A DNA stretch of 31,555 nucleotides, from positions 1 through 31,555 of the forward strand of contig JBEITQ010000001.1 in assembly GCA_040374835.1 (NCBI GenBank), given 5' to 3'. Under the pieces are notes generated by a model that was given only the letters and a program-made list of their open reading frames with translations, was not told the DNA's origin and ran no database searches. Shown piece after piece: positions 8,553 to 17,217 of the stretch; position 1 is the first letter of the stretch, and each line of letters begins with the position of its first letter. This stretch comes from Phycisphaeraceae bacterium. Lineage in GTDB: Bacteria > Planctomycetota > Phycisphaerae > Phycisphaerales > SM1A02. The translations under genes and the position numbers were made by a program.

Positions 8553-8627
8553 TCGGGCTGGCGGGATTTGAACCCACGACCTTTTGACCCCCAGTCAAAC
8601 GCGCTAGCCAAACTGCGCTACAGCCCG
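8553..8627 (-). tRNA. tRNA-Pro(GGG)
   Basis: Cloverleaf: acceptor CGGGCTG/CAGCCCG, anticodon arm TTTGA-CTGGGGG-TCAAA, T-loop GGTTCAAATCC. CCA is not encoded. Confidence 0.95.
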
Positions 8628-8676
8628 AGACGAACCGAGAAGTGTAGCGGGACTCAGCGGGTGCGACAATGCGCGC

Positions 8677-8874
8677 ATGCTCGGACGCCTCGTCGCGATC
8701 ACGCAGCGCACCTGGAGCGCGCGATGCCTCACCTGCGGGCACCGCTTCCCGTTCCCCGGCATCCGCCTCGGCGCCGCGGGGCGGCCCGCGAAGCTGCTGC
8801 GCTGCCCACGCTGCGCGCGATGGCGTTGCTGCCGCGTGGAACCGATCCCCGCCGCCGACACGCCGGAAAAATGA
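8677..8874 (+). CDS. Small putative zinc-ribbon protein (65 aa)
   Basis: CLTC-x22-CPRC, GACAAT -10-like box 6 nt before the ATG, and a strong hairpin right after the stop. No family recognised. Confidence 0.55.
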   Translation: MLGRLVAITQRTWSARCLTCGHRFPFPGIRLGAAGRPAKLLRCPRCARWRCCRVEPIPAADTPEK

Positions 8875-8902
8875 CGGGAGACGGCCTCGCGGCCGTCTCC
8901 CG
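8875..8902. terminator. Probable bidirectional terminator between the small ORF and tRNA-Ser
   Basis: Perfect 12-bp stem CGGGAGACGGCC/GGCCGTCTCCCG. On the minus strand the loop is GCGA (GNRA type) and is followed by TCATTTTT. Confidence 0.7.
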
Positions 8903-8909
8903 ATTCAGG

Positions 8910-8996
8910 CGGACAGGGTGGGATTCGAACCCACGATACGGTTACCCGTATACAGCATTTCCAATGCTGCTCCTTCAACCGCTCGGACACCTGTCC
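8910..8996 (-). tRNA. tRNA-Ser(GGA)
   Basis: Acceptor GGACAGG/CCTGTCC, anticodon arm CAGCA-TTGGAAA-TGCTG, long variable arm, T-loop GGTTCGAATCC, G discriminator. CCA is not encoded (CCT follows). Confidence 0.95.
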
Positions 8997-9058
8997 CGAC
9001 GGAACGGAGTCTAGCCGCGCACGGAAGCGCCCTCAACGGCGCGTAACTTCCGGGACAG

Positions 9059-9766
9059 GTGGACGCGCTCGCCGGCATCTTCGCGCTCGACAAGCCGCTC
9101 GGCATGACGAGCATGCAGGCGGTTGCCTTGGTGCGGCGGCGCGCGGGCGGCGCGCGCACCGGGCACGCCGGCACGCTCGACCCGCTCGCGACCGGCGTGC
9201 TGGTGATCGCGCTCGGCAAGTGCACGCGCCAGATCGAGTCGCTGATGGCCACCGACAAGCGCTACGAGACGGTGATCGACCTCTCGGCATTCACGACCAC
9301 CGACGACATCGAGGGGCCGCGAACGGAGGTCGTGCCGGGAACGCCGGGCGCCGCATCCACCCCGCCCGAACGCGAGGCGATCGAGCGCGTCCTGCGCGCT
9401 CGGTTCACGGGCACCGTCATGCAGCGGCCGCCGGCGTTCAGCGCCATGAAGGTCGGCGGGCGACGCGCATACGCGCTCGCACGCCAGGGCGCCGCGCCGG
9501 AACTGGCGCCCCGCCCCGTGCGCATCGACGCGATCGACGTCCTCGGCTACGAGTGGCCGCGCCTGTCCCTCGACATCCGCTGCGGCAAGGGAACGTACGT
9601 CCGCAGCATCGCGCGCGAGCTCGGCGAGGCACTCGGCACCGGCGGGCACTGCGCATCGATCCGGCGCACCGCGGTCGGCCGATGGACCGCGTCGCATGCT
9701 GCCGCGGTCGATGCGCTGCCCGCGGCGATCACGCAGGCGTGGCTCGACGGACGCGCCGTCGGCTGA
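9059..9766 (+). CDS. truB: tRNA pseudouridine(55) synthase TruB (short form, no C-terminal PUA domain)
   Basis: LDKPLGMTS, GHAGTLDPLATGVL (catalytic Asp), Q.PP.FSA.KVGGRRAY.LAR, CGKGTYVRSIARELG. Confidence 0.95.
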   Translation: MDALAGIFALDKPLGMTSMQAVALVRRRAGGARTGHAGTLDPLATGVLVIALGKCTRQIESLMATDKRYETVIDLSAFTTTDDIEGPRTEVVPGTPGAASTPPEREAIERVLRARFTGTVMQRPPAFSAMKVGGRRAYALARQGAAPELAPRPVRIDAIDVLGYEWPRLSLDIRCGKGTYVRSIARELGEALGTGGHCASIRRTAVGRWTASHAAAVDALPAAITQAWLDGRAVG

Positions 9767-9784
9767 TCGCCGCGTCACGCGACC

Positions 9785-10939
9785 TCAACGCCCGAGTGCC
9801 GAGATCTCGCGGAGCAGGCGGTCGAGCCCGCACGAGACGCGGGTACCGCTCCCGGCGTCGCGCCGCACGCGGGACACCAAGAATGCGCGTGTCGCCGACA
9901 CCATCGAGGAACACTTCTCCAGCCGTGCGAGGTCATGCGGAGACGGGTCGCTCGTGAGCTTCACCTCGATCGCCCATCGCTCGCGTCCGGCCTCGAGCAC
10001 GAGGTCAAGCTCGTATCCATCGCTCGTGCGGAAGTGGAACGCGTCGTGCGGGATGCCGCGGGCGGAAAGCACGCCCAGGCACTGCTCGACCACGTGCGCC
10101 TCCCAGCTCGCGCCGACCGCGGGATGGGCGAGCAGCGCATCGGCCGAGGCGATGCCGAGCAGCGAGTGCAGCAGGCCGGAATCGCGGAACAGCAGCTTCG
10201 GCGCCTTCACCAGGCGCTTCGCGACGTTGGCGTGGAAGGGCGGCAGCCGGCGGATGAGGAAGCTGCCCTCGACGAAGTCGGCGTAGGCCGAGGCCGTCTG
10301 GTAGTTGATGCCCATGCTGCGGCCGAGTTCCGACGCGTTCCATTGCTGCCCGTTGAGCGCGGCGAGCATGCGGAGGAAGCGGGATGTCACCTGCGGCGAG
10401 CAGGGGATTCCGATCGCAGGCAGGTCGCGCTCCGCGAGGAGGCGCAGGTAGTTGGCCTGCCACTGCGGGAACGCCGAGGGCCGGCGCACGCCGCCATCGG
10501 GAAATCCGCCCATGAGCCACCGGCGCTCGCGCATCGCCGCCGCGCGGAGCTCGGTCCGCAGGAACGGGGTGAGTTCGCACACCGCCATGCGGCCGGCAAG
10601 CGACTCCCCGACGCTGCGCATGAGCGCCGGCGACACGGAGCCGAGCAGCAGGAAGCGCCCGTTGCGTCGCCGGTCGGCATCGATCGCGCCCCGGAGCCGG
10701 GGGAACAGCGCGGGAAACGACTGCGCCTCGTCGAGGACGACGCGACCCCGGCCGCCGCAGATGCGGTCCCACTCGACGTCGAGCCGGACGCGCTCGGACT
10801 CCTGCTCGAGATCGAAGTACTCGCCCCCGATGGAGCGCGCCAGCGTGGTCTTGCCGCACTGGCGCGGGCCCACGATCGTCACCGCCGGGTAACGGCGGAG
10901 GCAGTCACGCAGGAGGCGCGCGGCGGATCGGCGAAGCAC
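9785..10939 (-). CDS. AAA+ ATPase with DUF4143 C-terminal domain (AAA_14 type)
   Basis: Walker A GPRQCGKT, Walker B VVLDEAQ, FLLLGS, GGFP, K.PKLLFRDSGL, HFRT..G.ELDLVLE...WAIEVK. Confidence 0.9.
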   Translation of the reverse strand: MLRRSAARLLRDCLRRYPAVTIVGPRQCGKTTLARSIGGEYFDLEQESERVRLDVEWDRICGGRGRVVLDEAQSFPALFPRLRGAIDADRRRNGRFLLLGSVSPALMRSVGESLAGRMAVCELTPFLRTELRAAAMRERRWLMGGFPDGGVRRPSAFPQWQANYLRLLAERDLPAIGIPCSPQVTSRFLRMLAALNGQQWNASELGRSMGINYQTASAYADFVEGSFLIRRLPPFHANVAKRLVKAPKLLFRDSGLLHSLLGIASADALLAHPAVGASWEAHVVEQCLGVLSARGIPHDAFHFRTSDGYELDLVLEAGRERWAIEVKLTSDPSPHDLARLEKCSSMVSATRAFLVSRVRRDAGSGTRVSCGLDRLLREISALGR

Positions 10940-10940
10940 G

Positions 10941-10974
10941 CTTGCAGATTACCATTGTGTTGTTAATTTGCAAG
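10941..10974. promoter_or_regulatory. AT-rich inverted repeat overlapping the -10 of the AAA-DUF4143 gene (putative operator)
   Basis: CTTGCAGATTA-N12-TAATTTGCAAG (10/11 match). It contains TAATCT 6 nt before the GTG start and stands out in a GC-rich background. Confidence 0.5.
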
Positions 10975-11592
10975 CCCCGCCTTGTCATCCGGCGCAGCCT
11001 TTGCCGCCCGCCGCTCGTTGCGGTGCACCGCGAACATCAGGAGCAGCATCCCCGCGATCAGCTCCATGTCGGCGACGTTGAACACCCACGGGAACCACTC
11101 GTCGCTGCCGCCGGGCCAGCTGAGGCCGAAGGGCAGCTCGCGGCGCGGGAAGAGGTGCAGGAAGTCGCGCACGGCGCCGACCGACACGCGGTCGACCATG
11201 TTGCCGATGCCGCCGGCGAGCACGAGCGCCAGGCCCACGTGGCTCAGGTGGCTGCGCGCGCCGGTGTGGCGGCCGAACACCCAGAGCGCGGTGCCCACGG
11301 CGAGCACCGTGAAGCCGATGAAGAGCGCGCCCCGCCCCTGCCCGATGCCGAAGACCGCGCCGTGGTTGAGGACCAGGCGGAAGTCGAGGAGGTCCGGCGG
11401 GATGGCGCGCACGCCCGGATGCCACGGCAGCGAATAGGCGGTGTTCCCCGCGACTTCCTCGTACTCGAGGACCACCGGGTGGCCGGCCACCGTCCGGAAC
11501 GCCCACTCCTTGGTGAAGAGGTCGACGGCGAGCGCCGCGGCGAAGGTCAGCGCAAGCACCGCCCAGGCGCGCGGCGAACGCCAGGCCTGCAT
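10963..11592 (-). CDS. lspA: Lipoprotein signal peptidase II
   Basis: DLFTK, NHGAVFG, GGIGNMVDR, VRDF and FNVAD motifs. Starts 5 nt after the dksA-like stop. Confidence 0.93.
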   Translation of the reverse strand: MQAWRSPRAWAVLALTFAAALAVDLFTKEWAFRTVAGHPVVLEYEEVAGNTAYSLPWHPGVRAIPPDLLDFRLVLNHGAVFGIGQGRGALFIGFTVLAVGTALWVFGRHTGARSHLSHVGLALVLAGGIGNMVDRVSVGAVRDFLHLFPRRELPFGLSWPGGSDEWFPWVFNVADMELIAGMLLLMFAVHRNERRAAKAAPDDKAGLAN

Positions 11593-11596
11593 GGCC

Positions 11597-12598
11597 TCAA
11601 CGCCCGCCCATCTTCTCGATCTGGCGCGCCGCCTCGACCGTGTACTTGGCCCACGGCTTGGCATCGAGGCGCGCCTTCGGGATGGGCTTGCCGGTGAGCT
11701 GGCACACGCCGTAGGTCTTGGCGACGACGCGGTCGAGCGCCTCGTCGATCTCGCGCAGGAGCTCGCGTTCCGTCTCGGCCATGCCGATGGCGAGGTCCTG
11801 GTCGAAGGTGTCGGTGCCGATGTCCGCCATGTGCAGCGGCATATTGGAGAGGTTGCCGCCCGAGCTGCGCAGCGCCTCGTCCTCGAGGCCGGTGACGCGC
11901 GCGATGAGCTCCGCGCGCGCCTGCAGCAGGATCGCCTTGTAGTCGGCGAGCTCCTTGGCCGAGAGCCGCGTCTTGATCGCCGCGATCTGCGCGTCGGTCG
12001 GGCCCTCGTCGCGCGCCTTCTCGGGCGCGGGCTTGGCGGCGGCCGCCTTCTTCTTCGGCATCGCGGCCTTCGTCGGGATGACGCGCACGCGACGGCCGTT
12101 GACGACGACGTAGCCGTTGGGGTCCGGCTTCATCGCCGCGGCAACGCTCGCCACGCTCTTCACCGAGGTGAAGTCGATCTTGCGGCCCTTGTTGGCGGCG
12201 CGCTCGGCGGCGAGCTGCTGCTGGCGCATCGCCTCGAGCGCCTCCTTGCGGGGGTCGCGGATGGACGGCGGGGGCGCGCCCTTGCCGGGCTTCTTCTTCG
12301 GCGGCGGCGCCTCGTTCGAGGCACGCCAGACCTGCTTGGGGGCCACCGCGGGGATGACTTCCTTGGGTCCCGAGTTCACGATCTTCGGGATCGGAATCAC
12401 CACCGGGGCCGGGATCGGCGCCTTCGCCGGGGGCAGCGGCTTGGCGACCGGCTTGGCGACCGGCTTGGCCACGGGCTTGGGGGCAACCTTCGCGGCCGGC
12501 TTGGCCGACGCGGGCGCCTTGCCCTTGGGGGCTGGCTTCGCCTTCGCGGCAGGCTTGGCTGCCTTCTTCTCAGGGGTCTTTTTACCGGTCTTCGCCAT
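11597..12598 (-). CDS. dksA: TraR/DksA family regulator with long K/A/P-rich N-terminal extension and degenerate zinc finger
   Basis: C-terminal coiled coil with HMADIGTD tip and EIDEALDR...TYGVCQLTGKPIPKARL.AKPWAKYT. N-terminal AKP repeats. SD GAGG upstream. Confidence 0.85.
   Translation of the reverse strand: MAKTGKKTPEKKAAKPAAKAKPAPKGKAPASAKPAAKVAPKPVAKPVAKPVAKPLPPAKAPIPAPVVIPIPKIVNSGPKEVIPAVAPKQVWRASNEAPPPKKKPGKGAPPPSIRDPRKEALEAMRQQQLAAERAANKGRKIDFTSVKSVASVAAAMKPDPNGYVVVNGRRVRVIPTKAAMPKKKAAAAKPAPEKARDEGPTDAQIAAIKTRLSAKELADYKAILLQARAELIARVTGLEDEALRSSGGNLSNMPLHMADIGTDTFDQDLAIGMAETERELLREIDEALDRVVAKTYGVCQLTGKPIPKARLDAKPWAKYTVEAARQIEKMGGR
12437..12480. repeat. 12-bp tandem repeat (about 3.7 copies) encoding AKPV in the dksA-like gene
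   Basis: CGGCTTGGCGAC x2, CGGCTTGGCCAC, GGGCTTGG. Confidence 0.8.
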
Positions 12599-12697
12599 GC
12601 GTGGACCTCACGCGGCGCGCCTAACTGCGCCGAGAATCGTGAATCCTAGCGGATTTCGCGCGATCCGTCAACGTCAACGTGGCGGCGAGGGGTGCGC

Positions 12698-13657
12698 TCA
12701 GCGCACGCTGCCGATCGAGCGGAACTTCTCGAAGCGCTTGCGCACGAGCGTGTCCGGGTCGATGCGCGACAGCTCGCGCACCCAGTCGACCACGTAATGC
12801 TGGATGCGCTCGGCGATCGCCTTCGGGTTGCGGTGTGCGCCGCCGAGCGGCTCCGGGATCACGTCGTCGATCAGCCCGTTGCGAAGGTTGTCCGCGGCGG
12901 TGAGCGAGAGCGCATTGGCCGCCTGGTTGTTGGTGCGCTCGTTCGCCTCCTTGAAGAGGATGGCGGCGCAGCCCTCGGGGCTGATCACGCTGTACCAGCT
13001 GTTCTGCAGCATCGCCACGCGGTCGCCGACGGCGATGCCGAGCGCGCCGCCCGAGCCGCCCTCGCCGATCACGATGCAGATGACGGGCACGCGCAGGCGG
13101 CTCATCTCGCGCAGGTTGACGGCGATGCTCTCGGCCTGCCCGCGCTGCTCGGCGCCGATGCCCGGGTATGCGCCCGGCGTGTCGACGAACGTGACGATCG
13201 GCAGCCGGAACTTCTCGGCGAGCTTCATCTTGAGGAGCGCCTTGCGGTAGCCCTCCGGGTGCGCGCAGCCGAAGTGGCACGCCAGGCGCTCCTTGGTGTC
13301 GCGGCCCTTCTGGTGGCCGATCACCAGGCACTTGATGCTCCCGATGCGGCCGAAGCCGGTGATGATCGCCGGGTCGTCGCCGTGGCGGCGGTCGCCGTGC
13401 AGCTCGCACCAGTCGCGGCAGATCATCTGCACGTAGTCCAGGGTCTGCGGACGCTGCGGGTGGCGCGCCACGCGCACGGTCTGCCAGGGCGAGAGGCTCG
13501 AGTACGCCTTGGAGAGGAGGCTGTTGCGCGTCTCGTGGAGCGTCGCGATCTCGTCGCGGATCGAGTCGGCGTCGGGGCGGGTCTCGAGCGCCGAGATCTG
13601 GCGCTCGATCTCGGCGATCGGCTGCTCGAAGTCGAGGGTCTGGACGGCGGAACTCAT
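12698..13657 (-). CDS. accA: Acetyl-CoA carboxylase carboxyltransferase subunit alpha
   Basis: LDFEQPIAE, WQTVRVARHPQRP, ELHGDR, GCAHPEGYRKALLKM, DTPGAYPGIGAEQRGQ, GEGGSGGAL, YSVISPEGCAAIL. Start moved to ATG 13657. Confidence 0.96.
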   Translation of the reverse strand: MSSAVQTLDFEQPIAEIERQISALETRPDADSIRDEIATLHETRNSLLSKAYSSLSPWQTVRVARHPQRPQTLDYVQMICRDWCELHGDRRHGDDPAIITGFGRIGSIKCLVIGHQKGRDTKERLACHFGCAHPEGYRKALLKMKLAEKFRLPIVTFVDTPGAYPGIGAEQRGQAESIAVNLREMSRLRVPVICIVIGEGGSGGALGIAVGDRVAMLQNSWYSVISPEGCAAILFKEANERTNNQAANALSLTAADNLRNGLIDDVIPEPLGGAHRNPKAIAERIQHYVVDWVRELSRIDPDTLVRKRFEKFRSIGSVR

Positions 13658-13703
13658 CGGTCGGGGAATCGTAGTCGCCGCACGCCGCGTAGCCTGACCG
13701 CCC

Positions 13704-14525
13704 ATGCAGGCAGGCGGAACGCCCGGTGCGGGCGGGACCATCGCGTTCGTCGGGTGCGGCAACCTCGGATTCGCCATCCTGGAGCGCGCGCTGGCGGCGG
13801 GAGCGGCGGATGCCGCCGGGGTCACCGTCGTCGAGCCGGACGCCGCGCGGCGCGACCGGGCACGCGCGCTGGGGGCGCGGGCCACGGACCGGCTCGCGGA
13901 GGCGCGCTCGGCGGCGACCGTGCTGCTTGCCGTCAAGCCCCAGCAGTTCGAGGCGGTCGCCGACGGGCTCGGGCCGCTCACCGGCGCCACGCGCGTGGTG
14001 AGCGTGATGGCCGGCTGGACCGGCGCCACGATCCATGCCAGGCTGGGAAGCGGCCCGCGCGTGGTTCGCGCGATGCCGAACACGCCGGTGCGCCAGGGGC
14101 TCGGGTTCACCGCGGTCGCCGCGGGACCGGGGACCGCCGAGGAGGACCTTGCCGCGGTCGAGCGGCTCTTCGGCGCCGTCGGCGCGACCGGTCGCATCGA
14201 CGAGTCGCTCATGGATGCGGCCGTCAGCGCGGTCGGCAGCGCGCCGGCCTACCTGTTCCTGCTGGCCGAGGCCCAGGTCGCCGCGGCGATCGGGATGGGG
14301 CTCGATCCTGCCCTCGCGCGCGCCGCCACGGCGCAGACGATGCTCGGCGCAGCCACCATGCTTGCGAAGGAGGGGCGCACGCCGGAGGAACTGCGTGCCG
14401 AGGTGACCAGCGCGGGCGGCACCACCGCGGCGGCGACGCGCGCGTTCGAGGACGGCTCGTTCCGAGAGCTCGTGGCGCGCGCCATGCGCGCCGCGCGCGA
14501 CCGAAGCCGCGAGCTCGGACGCTGA
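13704..14525 (+). CDS. proC: Pyrroline-5-carboxylate reductase
   Basis: FVGCGNLG Rossmann motif, LAVKPQ, RAMPNTP, GSAPAY, VTSAGGTT. Confidence 0.93.
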   Translation: MQAGGTPGAGGTIAFVGCGNLGFAILERALAAGAADAAGVTVVEPDAARRDRARALGARATDRLAEARSAATVLLAVKPQQFEAVADGLGPLTGATRVVSVMAGWTGATIHARLGSGPRVVRAMPNTPVRQGLGFTAVAAGPGTAEEDLAAVERLFGAVGATGRIDESLMDAAVSAVGSAPAYLFLLAEAQVAAAIGMGLDPALARAATAQTMLGAATMLAKEGRTPEELRAEVTSAGGTTAAATRAFEDGSFRELVARAMRAARDRSRELGR

Positions 14526-14533
14526 GGCCCCGC

Positions 14534-15124
14534 TCACCCGCGCAGGTGCACCACGAACCCGGATTCGCGGTACTCGACGGGCCGCTGCCGCCGCAGCGCC
14601 GCGCGCACCCGCCGCATGCCCGCCTGCGTGAGCGGGTGCTTCTGCATCTCGAGCATGTAGGCGATCTCGAAGAGCGTCGACTCGGTCCAGTCGACTTCCT
14701 CGCGGAATCCCGAGACGCCGACCGCGCCCGTGGCCCGCAGGAACTTCCGGATGCGCGCAGGCGGCACCGCCACCGTGCGGCAGCCGCCGAAGTGCACGAA
14801 GCGGCCGCGGCAGCGGCCGGCCAGCACCTCCTCGAGCCGGTCGATGTGGATGCGCTCGTCGGGCCGGCGCATGTCTCCCGGGAGCAGGAGCCCCTTGCGC
14901 GAGTGGATCGCCAGCCACAGCAACTCGAACCCCCGCTGCCTGCCCTGGAACCACTTGCGCAGGTAGTGCTCGAGCTCCGCGCGCGTGGCGACGTCCCGGT
15001 GGATGAAGGGCACCTTGTAGTCGGAGGCGCGCAGCAGCTCGAGCGCCGGGCGCACCGAGACCGACGACTTCAGCCCGAACCACTCCGCCTCCAGGCAGAA
15101 GATGCCCTTGCGGTAGACGAGCAC
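14534..15124 (-). CDS. Hypothetical protein resembling the DUF6642 family, with a caspase/CHAT-like His-Cys motif pair
   Basis: KGIFCLEAEW, IHRDVATR.ELE.YL.KW, LWLAIHS (H74), VHFGGC (C115), GVSGF.EEVDW.ES. TACGAT lies 6 nt before the GTG. The family name is from memory and unverified. Confidence 0.7.
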   Translation of the reverse strand: MLVYRKGIFCLEAEWFGLKSSVSVRPALELLRASDYKVPFIHRDVATRAELEHYLRKWFQGRQRGFELLWLAIHSRKGLLLPGDMRRPDERIHIDRLEEVLAGRCRGRFVHFGGCRTVAVPPARIRKFLRATGAVGVSGFREEVDWTESTLFEIAYMLEMQKHPLTQAGMRRVRAALRRQRPVEYRESGFVVHLRG

Positions 15125-15170
15125 GGGGGAATCGTAACGCGGCCGCGGCGACGCGCGCGGGGAGGCGCGC

Positions 15171-16231
15171 TCAGAAGTCGCGACGCCGGAAGAGCCACAC
15201 GCAGCCGCCGAGCATCACCGCCTCGAACGCCAGGCTCGTGCCGATCGACCACAGCGCGCCCTTGCGTGCCTCGGCGTCGTCGAAGACCGCCTGCTGGAAC
15301 TCGCGCCGCTTGACGCGCTTGGACCCGAAGAAGTTCAGGGTCGATTCCTCGTCGGGCGGCCGGCGGAAGCTCGCCTTCTGCACCAGGTAGCGCTCGAGCC
15401 ACTCGGTGGTCTCGTTGGTCTTCGGGAGCATCGTCACCAGCGCGTAGGACGGCCAGTAGAGCTGCTGCCAGCGGCGCGACGAGTCGCGCTCGCGCTCGAG
15501 GTCGGCGCGCAGCCGGTCGACGTCGGCGTCGGCGTTCTTCGAGAGCCGGGTCTCGATCGCCGCCTCGATGGCGACGATCTCCATCTGCGACGCGATGCGG
15601 CCCCGGTTGGCGAACTGCTCGAGCGACTGCAGCCCGTAGAGCACCAGCCAGAAGACCAGGGTCAGCAGGAGGCTGGCCACGGTGCTGCGCGTCAGCACGC
15701 CCATCAGGGCGCAGAAGCAGTACAGGTAGCTGAAGAACACCACCACGGTGGGCACGGCCACGAAGAGCTCGGGCTCCCAGACGCCCCCGCGGATCCCGAT
15801 CACCAGGAAGCTCGCCGTCACGAAGACCAGCGCCTGGAATCCCGCGAAGAAGAGGCCCGTCACCCAGCGCGTCAGGAAGAGCCGCCCGCGGGAGATCGGC
15901 TTCGACAGCATCATGTCGATCGAGCCGCTCGCGATGAGCTCGGGCACCACGCTCGCCGTCGAGATGAGCGCCAGGATCGCCGCCAGCCACGTGAGCCATA
16001 TGTTGATCCCCAGGTTCTGGAAGATCAGCTTGTAGAAGGTGGCCGCCGGGATGAAGGTCGTGTTGACGAACTGGCTGTCGATGTCGAACCACAGCACCTG
16101 GACGCCCGTCTCGTCGATCCCCACCGCGCCGCAGATCGCCACCGCCAGGAAGCTCACCGCGAGCGCGAGCCAGAACAGCTTGCGCGAGTTCAGGTCGCGG
16201 TAGGCGTCGAGGAAGATGGCGAGGGTCTGCG

Positions 16232-16235
<4 letters not shown>
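15171..16235 (-). CDS. ABC transporter permease (ABC-2 type)
   Basis: Multiple TM helices, GSIDMMLSKPISRGRLFLTRW motif, ATGA overlap with the upstream ATPase gene. Confidence 0.87.
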
Positions 16236-17188
<953 letters not shown>

Positions 17189-17217
17189 GGATGCTAGGGC
17201 CTCCTACGATTGACTCC

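Noticed and set aside
8604-8990. 128-aa minus-strand ORF spanning tRNA-Ser and tRNA-Pro
   Set aside because: It is a translation of tRNA sequence and of the antisense strand of the small zinc-ribbon ORF.
6855-9014. Long + strand ORF (719 aa) and similar long ORFs 12692..15313, 12621..15083, 24855..26954, 27387..29117
   Set aside because: They are Arg/Ala/Gly-rich with no motifs, overlap well-supported genes or tRNAs, and are typical high-GC shadow frames.
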